Positions 28,716 to 37,744 of a stretch of DNA of 64,000 nucleotides are shown one piece after another (the first letter of the stretch is position 1; each line of letters begins with the position of its first letter). This DNA comes from an uncultured delta proteobacterium. GTDB lineage: Bacteria; Myxococcota_A; Polyangia; Polyangiales; Houyiibacteriaceae. Below the pieces are notes generated by a model. It was not told the origin of the DNA, made no database searches, and was given only the letters and a program-made list of their open reading frames with translations. Made by a program: the position numbers and the translations under genes. The DNA lies in the NCBI GenBank assembly GCA_963699755.1, contig CAVOVB010000001.1, positions 480,001 through 544,000 on the forward strand, in the 5' to 3' direction.

Positions 28716-29410
28716 GCCATTTGTATACACAGCCGCGAACGCCCGAAGAGGACATGGAGCTCCGGCTCCGTGATCTCGAGGAACACGACTACGCACTGCT
28801 TCGAGCGGCCAAAGCGGCGGGTGCCCGCGTCGTGACCCGGGCTGGCATGTACGTGATTCTCAACCCCGAGGTGATGGGTCTCGAAGCTCCCGCCCCGGAC
28901 GACGAGCAACCCACGTTCCGGCTGCCCCAGATCCATAGGCGCGACGTGTACCTTCCCCTGGAAGACCGAACGCTGACCGCGAGGGCCTTCACCGATCCAT
29001 GCCGCAAGACGCCGAAGAAAGCGATCGAGTTCATGGCCAAGTGCACGCGGACTCCGGTCCTGCCGAGATTCACCGCGGTGCGGACGAACGATCATCTCGC
29101 CGTTGGCGCGACCGAGCCCCTGGCACTCGACGCGCTGGGTGCAACTCCAGGCGACACGGTTCAAGCGCTGCTCATCGACTGCGACAGCGAGCGGCTCGCG
29201 ATGCAGATCGCCGAAGAGCAACGCGACGGCCTCCCGTGGTCAGGGGACCTCGAGATCGGTTCGACGGGCCGCTTGCCGTTCGGATGGCACGGACAGCGAT
29301 TGACCCCCGAAGAGATGAGCGCACGCGACCATCAGGTCCGGGTGGACCGCGCTGCCAAGCGGGCACGACGCGACAAAGTCATCCGTCAAATGCAGAGGGA
29401 GCCGCTGTGA
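28712..29410 (+). CDS. Hypothetical protein
   Basis: RBS ggag; coupled to both neighbours. Confidence 0.65.
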   Translation: MSHLYTQPRTPEEDMELRLRDLEEHDYALLRAAKAAGARVVTRAGMYVILNPEVMGLEAPAPDDEQPTFRLPQIHRRDVYLPLEDRTLTARAFTDPCRKTPKKAIEFMAKCTRTPVLPRFTAVRTNDHLAVGATEPLALDALGATPGDTVQALLIDCDSERLAMQIAEEQRDGLPWSGDLEIGSTGRLPFGWHGQRLTPEEMSARDHQVRVDRAAKRARRDKVIRQMQREPL

Positions 29411-29733
29411 CTGACGAGCGGCGATACGGAGGATGGAAGGACGTGGCCAACTACTTCGGCATCGGCCGAGAGTCCGCCTACGACCTGTGCAGGGCCCATT
29501 CCTGGGCGGAGAAGCACGCCGGTAAGTGGCTGGTGAATCTCGCTCGGATGCGCGAGTGGGGCGATTTTGGAAGGCATGGAGTGTGGCAAAACGAGTCTAC
29601 AAGCGGGGAAGTGTCTGGTGGGGCGACTTCCGTGCTCTCGGCGGGAAGCAAGAGTCGCTTGGCGTCACGAGCAAGGCGTCGGCCCTCGTCAGATACAATG
29701 AGCGCGAGCTGGCGCTCAGTGAACGCCGACTAG
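29407..29733 (+). CDS. Excisionase-like HTH protein
   Basis: WKDVANYFGIGRESAYDLC HTH plus wing (GKWLV); overlaps the integrase start. Confidence 0.7.
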   Translation: MTDERRYGGWKDVANYFGIGRESAYDLCRAHSWAEKHAGKWLVNLARMREWGDFGRHGVWQNESTSGEVSGGATSVLSAGSKSRLASRARRRPSSDTMSASWRSVNAD

Positions 29734-30701
29734 GACCGCTTCCCCTCGGGATGGTGCTGACGTTTGCGCTCGAGGCGAAGAAGCGTCGGGCCAAGGCCCA
29801 CGGTCGCGATGTCGAGAAGACACTCAGGACCGGCCGCCAGCATTGCGAAGTGCTCGAGCGTCACCTCGGAGACCTCGGTCTCGACTTCAACGACCCGCAC
29901 CTTTCGCTCGAGGGCGTGGGCGAGGACTTCCTCGACAAGCGCACCGCCGACGAGACCAACAAGGGAACGACGGTGACGCCGCACACGGCGCTCAAGAACC
30001 TCAAGACGCTGTCCCAGGGACTTCGTGAGGCGCGCAAGCGCAAGTGCTTCGAGGGCGAACCGAGCGAGGTCATCCCGGAGTTCCTGACCGATGGTGCCGT
30101 CTACACTCCATCGGACCGCTGGCTCACGGCGGACGAGTTCGACGCGATGTTCAGCAAAGCGCCCGAGCAGCGCCGCAAAGACTTCGTGTTGGGCGTCGAG
30201 ACGGGCGCAGACCACGGCGAGCTCGAGAAGGTGGACAAGGCTCTCCATGTCGACCTCTCGACCGTGCGAGGCCCCCAAGGTGCCATACGACTGCCGGCGA
30301 CCAAGACCGAAGAGCGCGACCGCTGGATTCCGTTGAGCGTCGCAGCGCGCAAGGCCGTCGACGAGTGTCTCGCCGAAGAGGGCGATTACCTCGTGACGCC
30401 GTGGGCCAACTTCAAGCGCGACATGGCGAACCCATGCAAGCGCGCCGGCGTCGTGCCCTTCATCTGGAAAGACATTCGCCGCACGTTCGCGAGCCGTTGC
30501 GCGCAAGCGGGCGTGCCCGAGTTCTGGACGGTGAAGCTCATGGGCCACCGCGACAGCAAGATGATTCGTCGCGTCTATGCGCGTCTTTCGCCGGGAACCT
30601 ACACCGAGGCCATCAAGCGACTCGAGACGATTCCGTATGTCACGCCAGTGTCTCGTGGCGACATCGTCGAGCTCAGCAACTACAGGGAAAACCCTGCATG
30701 A
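29583..30701 (+). CDS. int: Tyrosine recombinase/integrase
   Basis: N-terminal VYKRGSVWW arm-binding-like segment; TKT, DIRRTFAS, LMGH and VYARL motifs; ends about 50 bp from the att repeat. Confidence 0.9.
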   Translation: MAKRVYKRGSVWWGDFRALGGKQESLGVTSKASALVRYNERELALSERRLGPLPLGMVLTFALEAKKRRAKAHGRDVEKTLRTGRQHCEVLERHLGDLGLDFNDPHLSLEGVGEDFLDKRTADETNKGTTVTPHTALKNLKTLSQGLREARKRKCFEGEPSEVIPEFLTDGAVYTPSDRWLTADEFDAMFSKAPEQRRKDFVLGVETGADHGELEKVDKALHVDLSTVRGPQGAIRLPATKTEERDRWIPLSVAARKAVDECLAEEGDYLVTPWANFKRDMANPCKRAGVVPFIWKDIRRTFASRCAQAGVPEFWTVKLMGHRDSKMIRRVYARLSPGTYTEAIKRLETIPYVTPVSRGDIVELSNYRENPA

Positions 30702-30750
30702 CTCAGGAAGCCATGGTGCAGAAACCCCTTATTCAAAACGACGCTGTATT

Positions 30751-30793
30751 GCTTAGAAGGCCACCGCTCTATCCAGCTGAGCTACAGGCGCGT
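30751..30793. repeat. Right att site, orphan 5' half of tRNA-Arg
   Basis: Exact copy of 16971..17013; lacks the T-arm and 3' acceptor strand. Confidence 0.95.
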
Positions 30794-30898
30794 CTCGGCG
30801 CTGTTTAGCACGATAAGCATTGAGGTGTACGTCGACGGCCATCGGACAGCGGCATTCCCCCCAAACCGCGCCACACAAACCCTCGCGGTCGCAGGCCG

Positions 30899-31336
30899 CT
30901 AGGCGGCCGACCCAGCAAGTCCGAGCGCGACCCGTATATCTCGCAACACGCTCTTCTCGACTGACTTGATGCGTCCGTCCGCAGAGGCTGCGATCTCGGC
31001 GGCACCCATGACGAGCTCCGCGTGTTTCGCAACGCCCTTGGCGCGGGCCACACAGCTCAGCGCAAGGCGCGTTCCGTCTTCGGGATCGGAGAGCATGACT
31101 TCAGACAAGTCACCGAAGGCTTGGGAGAGCTCGTCGAAATCGATTCTGGGGAAGACATCGGCCTTGGAAGCCAAGGTCTCGAGAAAACGATCTGCCTCTG
31201 CTTTGGTGAGCTCGCCGTCCGAGGCGGCCACCAACACAAACGCACCGGCCACCGCTCGCAGCAGGCCCGGCGGAACATGATCGTCAAAACGCTGCCATGC
31301 TGCGAGCGCGTAGGCGACTGACTCTTCTGGGATCAT
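30899..31336 (-). CDS. TerB-family protein
   Basis: LVAASDGELTKAE and IASADGRIKSVEK motifs. Confidence 0.8.
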   Translation of the reverse strand: MIPEESVAYALAAWQRFDDHVPPGLLRAVAGAFVLVAASDGELTKAEADRFLETLASKADVFPRIDFDELSQAFGDLSEVMLSDPEDGTRLALSCVARAKGVAKHAELVMGAAEIAASADGRIKSVEKSVLRDIRVALGLAGSAA

Positions 31337-31489
31337 CAATGGCTCTCCAATGAAATCAAGCGTAGCCCGATGTCCGGCCTCGGCCAGCGCGGATTCGTCC
31401 CGTGAAGCCAATCTAGTGAAATCAAGGCGCTTCTTTGGCACAGCGAGCACCCAGCCACGGAACGCGCCTGGGGGTCGAGTCCTACCAGT

Positions 31490-33115
31490 TCACGCCATCA
31501 GGTTTCCAAGAATCAGATCCGCAGCCCGCTCCGCCACCGCAACCGTGGGGGCGTGCGTATTGCCTGAGGGCAGCAAGGGGAAAATCGACGCGTCCGCGAT
31601 CCGCAACCCCTCGATCCCGTGCACCCTGAGCTCGTTGTCGACCACGGCCGTCGGATCCTCTACCGAGCCCATCTTCGAGGAGCCAACCGGATGATAGACG
31701 CTCATCCCCTCGGTCCTCCAGAACTCCAAAATCTCTTCGTCGCTCTGCACCGAGTCGCCGGGCAATATTTCGTAAGTGGCGTGCGGCTTGAACGCCTCTG
31801 ACTGGTAGATCTTTCGCTGCAGCTTGAATCCCTCGATGGCTAGCTCACGGTCGTGATCGGTCGACAAGTAGTTGTGGATGATCTTCGGGAAGGCGGTTGG
31901 ATCGGTGCTGCGCGCATGCACGCTCCCACGTGAAGTCGGTCGAATGATGCAGACCGTCGAGTTCACCCCGGGATCGGGCGTCGCCACCATCTTGCCGTCG
32001 GCATCCATCCCGCCCGCGCCAGGTGTGAAGTGGATCTGAAAAATCGGACGTTCCGCGCCCTCGTTCGGCACGAAGCCACCCACGTTGCAAGCCGGCATCG
32101 TGAGCGGTCCCTTCTTCATGAACATGTACTTCAGCACGGCGAGGACGACTCGGGGGAATTTCCCGTCCTCCGAAAGGCAGTGCTTGGTCTTCACTCCTTG
32201 CTGAACCCAGATCTGAAAATGATCTTGAAGGTTCTCGCCAACGCCGCGAAGCTCATGCTTCAGCTCGATGCCGAGCTTGGAAAGCACTTCCGGGTTGCCA
32301 ATCCCGGACTGCTCGAGCAGCGGCGGCGAGTTGTAGGTGCCAGCAGAGAGCACGACTTCGCGATGGGCGTTAACCCGGTGCACCTTGCCCTTCGCGTCCT
32401 TGTACTCGATGCCAATGGCCTTCTTCCCTTCGAGCAAAATGCGCTGTGCGACGGCCTTGATCACAATAGTGAGGTTCGGTCGCTTCTTGACGTCCGCGCT
32501 TAGAAACGCGTCGGCCGAGCTCCAGCGTTGACCGCCTTTCATATTCACCTGGACGTAGCCGATGCCCTCTTGCTTCTCGCCGTTGATGTCGTCGTTGCGG
32601 GGAATGCCAACGCTTACGGCCGCCTCGATGTACGCGTCGCTGATGTCGTATTTCATCTGGACGTGCGTGACGTTCAGCTCCCCACCCTTGGCGTGATACT
32701 CGTTGGCCGGGCCGGGCTCGAAGTTCTCCGAGCGCTTGAAGTAGGGAAGCATGTTCTTGTACGACCAGCCCTGGCATCCTGGGAGCGCGCCCCAGTCGTC
32801 ATAGTCCTGTCGCTGACCGCGCATGTAGACCATTCCGTTGATCGAGCTGCAGCCACCAAGAACCCGGCCGCGCACCACGCTCATTTCGCGGTTGTTGAGG
32901 TGCGGCTCGGGCTCGGTCTTGTAGAGGTTCGTCGTCTTCGCGTCGTACATCAGCTGGGTGAAGCCGATGGGCATCTTGATCAGTGGGCTACTGTCCTTGC
33001 CGCCAGCCTCCAACAACAAAACCCGGTTCCCCGGATCTGCAGATAGGCGATTGGCAAGACAGCAGCCTGCTGACCCTGCCCCGACCACGATGAAATCAAA
33101 AGCGTCTTCAGGCAT
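31490..33115 (-). CDS. GMC oxidoreductase (choline dehydrogenase-like)
   Basis: VGAGSAG, GGCSSINGMVYMRG, YHPVG and GNTHAP motifs. Confidence 0.9.
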   Translation of the reverse strand: MPEDAFDFIVVGAGSAGCCLANRLSADPGNRVLLLEAGGKDSSPLIKMPIGFTQLMYDAKTTNLYKTEPEPHLNNREMSVVRGRVLGGCSSINGMVYMRGQRQDYDDWGALPGCQGWSYKNMLPYFKRSENFEPGPANEYHAKGGELNVTHVQMKYDISDAYIEAAVSVGIPRNDDINGEKQEGIGYVQVNMKGGQRWSSADAFLSADVKKRPNLTIVIKAVAQRILLEGKKAIGIEYKDAKGKVHRVNAHREVVLSAGTYNSPPLLEQSGIGNPEVLSKLGIELKHELRGVGENLQDHFQIWVQQGVKTKHCLSEDGKFPRVVLAVLKYMFMKKGPLTMPACNVGGFVPNEGAERPIFQIHFTPGAGGMDADGKMVATPDPGVNSTVCIIRPTSRGSVHARSTDPTAFPKIIHNYLSTDHDRELAIEGFKLQRKIYQSEAFKPHATYEILPGDSVQSDEEILEFWRTEGMSVYHPVGSSKMGSVEDPTAVVDNELRVHGIEGLRIADASIFPLLPSGNTHAPTVAVAERAADLILGNLMA

Positions 33116-33261
33116 TTCGTCTCACAGCCTTCGAGTCGCAAACCACCGTGGTTTTCTATCACAGGACGAGGCGGGGACAACCTCGAGGGTTTTTTGGCGC
33201 GACGCGCGCGCTCAACTATGATTCGCCGAATTCAGCAGATTGCCCGCATTGGGAGGTTGGG

Positions 33262-34194
33262 ATGAAGGGAATGTGTGTACCGTCAAGGCTCATCAGACCG
33301 CGCCCCGTGCTCGTCGTAATGGCGTTCGCGACGTGGGGAAGCAGCGCATCGGCGCAGAAGGAGGAGATTCCGGATAGCGTCGCGGCCGACGTCAGCGCGG
33401 GTAAGACCGAAGCGGCCGGCGATGCAACCTTCTTGGCGGCTCCCGAAGCCGATGCCGCCGAAGAGGTTCCGGAAGCAGAGCCGGAGCTCGAAGTCGATTG
33501 GACCCTCAACGCCGGTGGCGCGATCAACACCGGCAACACCCGTTCGTGGAATGTCAATGCCGGCTCCGATGTCATCCTCGCGAAGACGGACCATCGGCTG
33601 ACCTTGGGGGCGCTCTTCAACTTCGGCCGGGCGGCCGTTGCACTACCGGACCCTTACACGACCGTAGCGCGGCAGTTCTTTTTCGCCTCCCGGTACGACT
33701 ACTTCTTCACCGAGAAGGACGCTGTCTGGGCCGGGCTTTCCTATCGCTGGGATCCGCTCGCCGGCTTCCGCGCCCAGCTGCTGGCCAACGCCGGTTACCT
33801 CCGGGCGTTCATCAAAACCGACAAGCACTACTTCGCCGGGCGCATCGGCTACAGCTATACGTTTGAGAACTACCAACCGCCTTCGGACCTCACCAGCAAC
33901 TCGAACATTCAGGGCCTCTTGGCGGCGCTCGACTACGAGAATAGGCTCAACGAGCACGTCGAATTCCTCGCGAGCATCGTGACCATCTACAACCTCAACA
34001 AGGTCGAGGTTCAAAACGCGCTGCCATTCCAGGACATCCGCATTTATCTGACCGCCGCGCTGCTCTCGAAGCTGACCGACAAGCTAGCCTTCGAAGCCCG
34101 TTTCCTGATGCTCTACGATCGCCTCCCGCCAGGCCCAGCTCTCGTCAAGGTCGACACCACCACCTTGTTCAGCTTGGTCTACACGTTCATGTAG
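33262..34194 (+). CDS. DUF481-family outer membrane beta-barrel
   Basis: Signal peptide, NTGNT motif, alternating beta strands, terminal LVYTF. Confidence 0.75.
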   Translation: MKGMCVPSRLIRPRPVLVVMAFATWGSSASAQKEEIPDSVAADVSAGKTEAAGDATFLAAPEADAAEEVPEAEPELEVDWTLNAGGAINTGNTRSWNVNAGSDVILAKTDHRLTLGALFNFGRAAVALPDPYTTVARQFFFASRYDYFFTEKDAVWAGLSYRWDPLAGFRAQLLANAGYLRAFIKTDKHYFAGRIGYSYTFENYQPPSDLTSNSNIQGLLAALDYENRLNEHVEFLASIVTIYNLNKVEVQNALPFQDIRIYLTAALLSKLTDKLAFEARFLMLYDRLPPGPALVKVDTTTLFSLVYTFM

Positions 34195-34195
34195 C

Positions 34196-34240
34196 GGGGC
34201 AGCGGGTGCCCTCGACGAGATCGAGGGAACCCAGCGCCCC
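34196..34240. terminator. Long GC hairpin between convergent genes
   Basis: ggggc..gggt.ccctcga / tcgaggg.accc..gcccc; no U tract. Confidence 0.4.
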
Positions 34241-34257
34241 GTCCATGTTTCGCGCGG

Positions 34258-34677
34258 CTACTGCTTGGCGAGTAGGTCGCGAATCTCTTCGAGAAGCACT
34301 TCCTCTTTGGGCGGTGGCGGAGGAGCTGCCTCTTGGGCGGCCTCTTCCTTCTTTCGAAGCGAGTTCATGCCCTTGATCATCATGAAGATCACGAACGCGA
34401 TGATCACGAAGTCGAAGACCGACATCAGGAAGGACCCGTACTTGAGCACCGCGGCGCCTGCTTCTTGAGCGGCCGCAAGCGATTCGTAGCTTCCATCCCC
34501 GAGCAGGATGTAACTCTGGCTTACGTCGAAGCCCCCAGTGAACAGGCTGATCACTGGCATCAGCACGTCACCGACCAGCGAAGCAATGATCTTCCCGAAG
34601 GCCGCGCCAATGATGATGCCCACGGCCATGTCCATCACGTTGCCCTTGAGGGCGAACTCTTTGAACTCTTTCAACAT
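34258..34677 (-). CDS. mscL: Large-conductance mechanosensitive channel
   Basis: [24 protein letters not shown] and LLEEIRDLL. Confidence 0.97.
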   Translation of the reverse strand: MLKEFKEFALKGNVMDMAVGIIIGAAFGKIIASLVGDVLMPVISLFTGGFDVSQSYILLGDGSYESLAAAQEAGAAVLKYGSFLMSVFDFVIIAFVIFMMIKGMNSLRKKEEAAQEAAPPPPPKEEVLLEEIRDLLAKQ

Positions 34678-34807
34678 CGATTATCCTCTTTCATTCCAGC
34701 ACCTCGACACCGAGGCGGGGTCTGTATGCCCGCATTCGTACGTGGCCGCAACGGGGCCTATTCACTTCACCCGTTTGGACGACGTGTTCGAGGCTCGCCG
34801 AGCGACC

Positions 34808-35950
34808 TTACCGCGCGACGAAGGTCACATCACGCTCATTTTCCTCGGCGTATTCCGCTGACAAAAACTCGTCGTAGCCGACCTGGTCGAGCAGAAAACG
34901 CTTGAAGTGGGCGACCATGTACAGGTTCTGAAGCCGTTGCGCCTCGGCGATCGAGAACACCTCGTCGGTACAGGTGTCGTTGTAGGGCTGAATCAGCGCG
35001 GCAGCGCCGAGGCCTGACCAGGAATCCTGAGCGAGCATCAGGACGTCCAGGAGGAAATCCCCGATCTCGCAGACATTGGCAAAGTGGGTGTGATTTGCAC
35101 CGATGACTTCGACCTTGAAGAGCGCTTCGGCATTGGGCATCCGATCGAACACATAGTCGTGGTTCTCGAGCGCGCCCGGGTCCAAGGTGCCGACGAGGAG
35201 AATGGTAGGTTCGGTCACCGTCGCGAGGGCTTCTTCGCCGAAGTTGTTGGCGCCGACGCCGCCGGCGATGACACCGATGGCCTTGACTCGCGGGTCCGGG
35301 TCGGCGCCAGCCCAGCCAGCTACGGTGCCAAGGGCCGTGCTTCCACCAAACGAGTGCCCAAGGACGCCGACCTTGGACTCGTCGATGCGGCCTTCGAACG
35401 CATCTCCACTGGTCTTGGAGCGCTCGAACATCTCGTCGATCAGCGCAGAGACATCGAGCACACGCTTTTCTGCGGGGGCTGGATCACTTTGGTCGAGCGC
35501 GGTGTTTCCGGTGTGCTCTGGCGAAGCGACGATGAAGCCGTGACTGGCCAAGGTTTCCATCAGCGGGGTGGACTGCGTGTTGATCCCGCCAAAGCCGTGC
35601 GAGAAAACCAAGAACGCCAAGGGTCCATCGGCCGACGACACGGGAAGGTCGTCCACCGCCAGATCCGAAGGGAGCGATATGCCGCCCTGGAGCGGGTACC
35701 TGGTCACCGGTTCGGCTGCCGCATCGGCCTCATCGACCGGATACCAAACATCGACGATCAGCTCACGACCGTCACGCGCATCGTCGACCAGCGTGAACGC
35801 CGTATGCCCAATTGCATACGCCCCTAGCGCGTCCGGCGCGCTGACCTCTTCGGTGGTGCTGGCACCACTTTCCCCGCCGCACGAGGCGAGCACGGAAGCC
35901 AAAACGACCCATACGAGGAAGGAACCACGCTGCGTCTGCTGTACTTTCAT
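34808..35950 (-). CDS. Alpha/beta hydrolase lipoprotein (PAF-AH/dienelactone-like)
   Basis: Lipobox LASC; FSHGFGG, GHSFGG and ANHTHF motifs. Confidence 0.8.
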   Translation of the reverse strand: MKVQQTQRGSFLVWVVLASVLASCGGESGASTTEEVSAPDALGAYAIGHTAFTLVDDARDGRELIVDVWYPVDEADAAAEPVTRYPLQGGISLPSDLAVDDLPVSSADGPLAFLVFSHGFGGINTQSTPLMETLASHGFIVASPEHTGNTALDQSDPAPAEKRVLDVSALIDEMFERSKTSGDAFEGRIDESKVGVLGHSFGGSTALGTVAGWAGADPDPRVKAIGVIAGGVGANNFGEEALATVTEPTILLVGTLDPGALENHDYVFDRMPNAEALFKVEVIGANHTHFANVCEIGDFLLDVLMLAQDSWSGLGAAALIQPYNDTCTDEVFSIAEAQRLQNLYMVAHFKRFLLDQVGYDEFLSAEYAEENERDVTFVAR

Positions 35951-36123
35951 TGCCCTCTAGTCCTCATCGTTCCGCCTGCCCCGCGCGCCCGAAGTGTAAG
36001 TCCACAGACCCGCGGATGAAAGCCAAATGCTGCGACAGCATAGGACCTAGATCAAGTCCCGAAGCTCGAAAGCTGCCCCGAGGTTGGCGGCGAGTCCCCG
36101 CCCGCGCTACCCCGAGCAAAACG

Positions 36124-37347
36124 ATGTCGGACAAGATCACCCCGAGCCAGGCCGCATGGAACCGTTTCGCCGATCAGCTCAAGGAAGTCGGAGAGAAAAT
36201 CGTTGGCCCCATCGGCGCTAGAAGCCCTCGCGAGCGAGCGGATGGCTTTCGCTACCTGGCCTCGTTGATCGCCGCTGGGCAGGAGCTCGAGATGGAGGCA
36301 GACCGCGCGCATCCGGTGCTCGCGCGCGCCTTCACGCCGCTCCGGAGCTTCGTCGGTGACGGGCCCGACACCCTATACCACGACGCCAAGCTCGACGAGT
36401 CGCTATCGTACGAGCTCACGGTCCGACGCGGTGACGACATCTTCTTCTCAATCGTCGTCTACGCGAGCGACGACGAGGGCATGCGCTCCATGGTGAGCTT
36501 CTTGATCGACAAGGACATCGCCTTCGAAGAAGACGGAGGCGATCAGCTGGCAACGATCCACATCAGTCGGGAGCGTCCGGAGGGCGCGAAGAACTGGTTG
36601 AAGCTCGAGGGCCAGCAGCCCTTCATCATGACGCGACAGTATTTCCCCGAGTGCGTGATCAACGTCGACCGGGGCAAGTACCGCCCCGCCATCATGAACA
36701 TTCGATGCACCGACGAGATGCCGCCCCCCGCCGAGTACTCCGTTGTCGATCTCTCCGCCGGGCTCGACCGCCTCGTCGCGTTCATGCACGACACGGTCGA
36801 CGCTGGCTTGGGCGTCTCGGCCATCGTGGGCATGAGCATGATTGAGTACGAGGGCAACGCGCACTCGAGACCGACGCGAATCGGAGCAGACGGCCAGCTC
36901 GCCGTGGAAGAAGGAGAGCACGAAGAGTACACGCCCGACGAGGTCTTCGAGATGATCGACCCGAAGGTGGTCGCGAACAATCTCCCCGGTCCAGGCATCG
37001 GCTACTCGGGGGTTTCGTTCAAGCTGGCCGATGACGAAGTGATCGTCATCGAAGGCAAAGACGTCCCGTGCCGGTACTGGTCATGCCAGGTCTTCGACCA
37101 TTACCTCCAATCGGGCGACTACCGGCATCATCCAGTGGCGCTCAACAATCGCCAGACCGTGTACGACGACGACGGATCCTTTCGGATCTACGCCTGCGGC
37201 GAGAACCCCGGCGTGAAGAACTGGATCAGCACGGAGGGCCGGCGACGTGGCCAGATCGTCCTCCGAACCCTGCTTGCCGAAACCGACCTCCTCCCCGAAA
37301 TGCGGGTCATCAAGATCGCCGATATTCCGAAGCGCGACCGCGTCTAG
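36124..37347 (+). CDS. DUF1214-domain protein
   Basis: RADGFRYL, GPDTLY, CRYWS and NWISTEG motifs. Confidence 0.7.
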   Translation: MSDKITPSQAAWNRFADQLKEVGEKIVGPIGARSPRERADGFRYLASLIAAGQELEMEADRAHPVLARAFTPLRSFVGDGPDTLYHDAKLDESLSYELTVRRGDDIFFSIVVYASDDEGMRSMVSFLIDKDIAFEEDGGDQLATIHISRERPEGAKNWLKLEGQQPFIMTRQYFPECVINVDRGKYRPAIMNIRCTDEMPPPAEYSVVDLSAGLDRLVAFMHDTVDAGLGVSAIVGMSMIEYEGNAHSRPTRIGADGQLAVEEGEHEEYTPDEVFEMIDPKVVANNLPGPGIGYSGVSFKLADDEVIVIEGKDVPCRYWSCQVFDHYLQSGDYRHHPVALNNRQTVYDDDGSFRIYACGENPGVKNWISTEGRRRGQIVLRTLLAETDLLPEMRVIKIADIPKRDRV

Positions 37348-37417
37348 CGAACAAGCCCTAGGCAGCGGCACGACTTCTCGGTGGCCTCCCAGCAGGCGCA
37401 GAAGTACTATCGGACCG

Positions 37418-37744
37418 ATGCCGGATCAGCCGGAGATGGGAGTTCTCTTTGCTGCACGGGATTGGAAGGCAGCCGGTCACGGCGTCGCGCTCGCGACCGT
37501 GGTGAGAACCTGGGGGTCTTCACCAAGGCCCGCTGGGAGCCACCTGGCCGTCCGTGATGATGGCGCCTTTCTAGGGTCGGTGTCGGGCGGCTGCGTAGAA
37601 GGCGCCGTGGTTGGGGAGGCACTCGAGGTGATGAAGACCGGCGTCTCGAGGGTCCTCGAGTTCGGCGTCACCAACGAGCGCGCTTGGGAAGTGGGCCTCG
37701 CCTGTGGCGGCACCATTCGCGTCTTGTTGGAGCCGCTCCTGTGA
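37418..37744 (+). CDS. XdhC/CoxI N-terminal-type protein
   Basis: TWGSSPRPAG, GSVSGGCVE and GLACGG motifs. Confidence 0.9.
   Translation: MPDQPEMGVLFAARDWKAAGHGVALATVVRTWGSSPRPAGSHLAVRDDGAFLGSVSGGCVEGAVVGEALEVMKTGVSRVLEFGVTNERAWEVGLACGGTIRVLLEPLL

Larger units (their letters stand above)
16971..30793. mobile_element. Integrative element, phage-satellite/integrated-plasmid-like, 13,780 bp between att repeats
   Basis: 43-bp direct repeats in tRNA-Arg; integrase next to the right repeat; primase, SF3 helicase and iterons; no recognisable capsid, terminase or conjugation genes. Confidence 0.92.

Noticed and set aside
16971..30793. Complete prophage or ICE
   Set aside because: No recognisable structural, terminase, lysis, relaxase or conjugation genes
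30751..30793. Second tRNA gene
   Set aside because: Only the 5' half is present; no T-arm or acceptor 3' strand
30899..31336. terB as element cargo
   Set aside because: Lies outside the right att repeat
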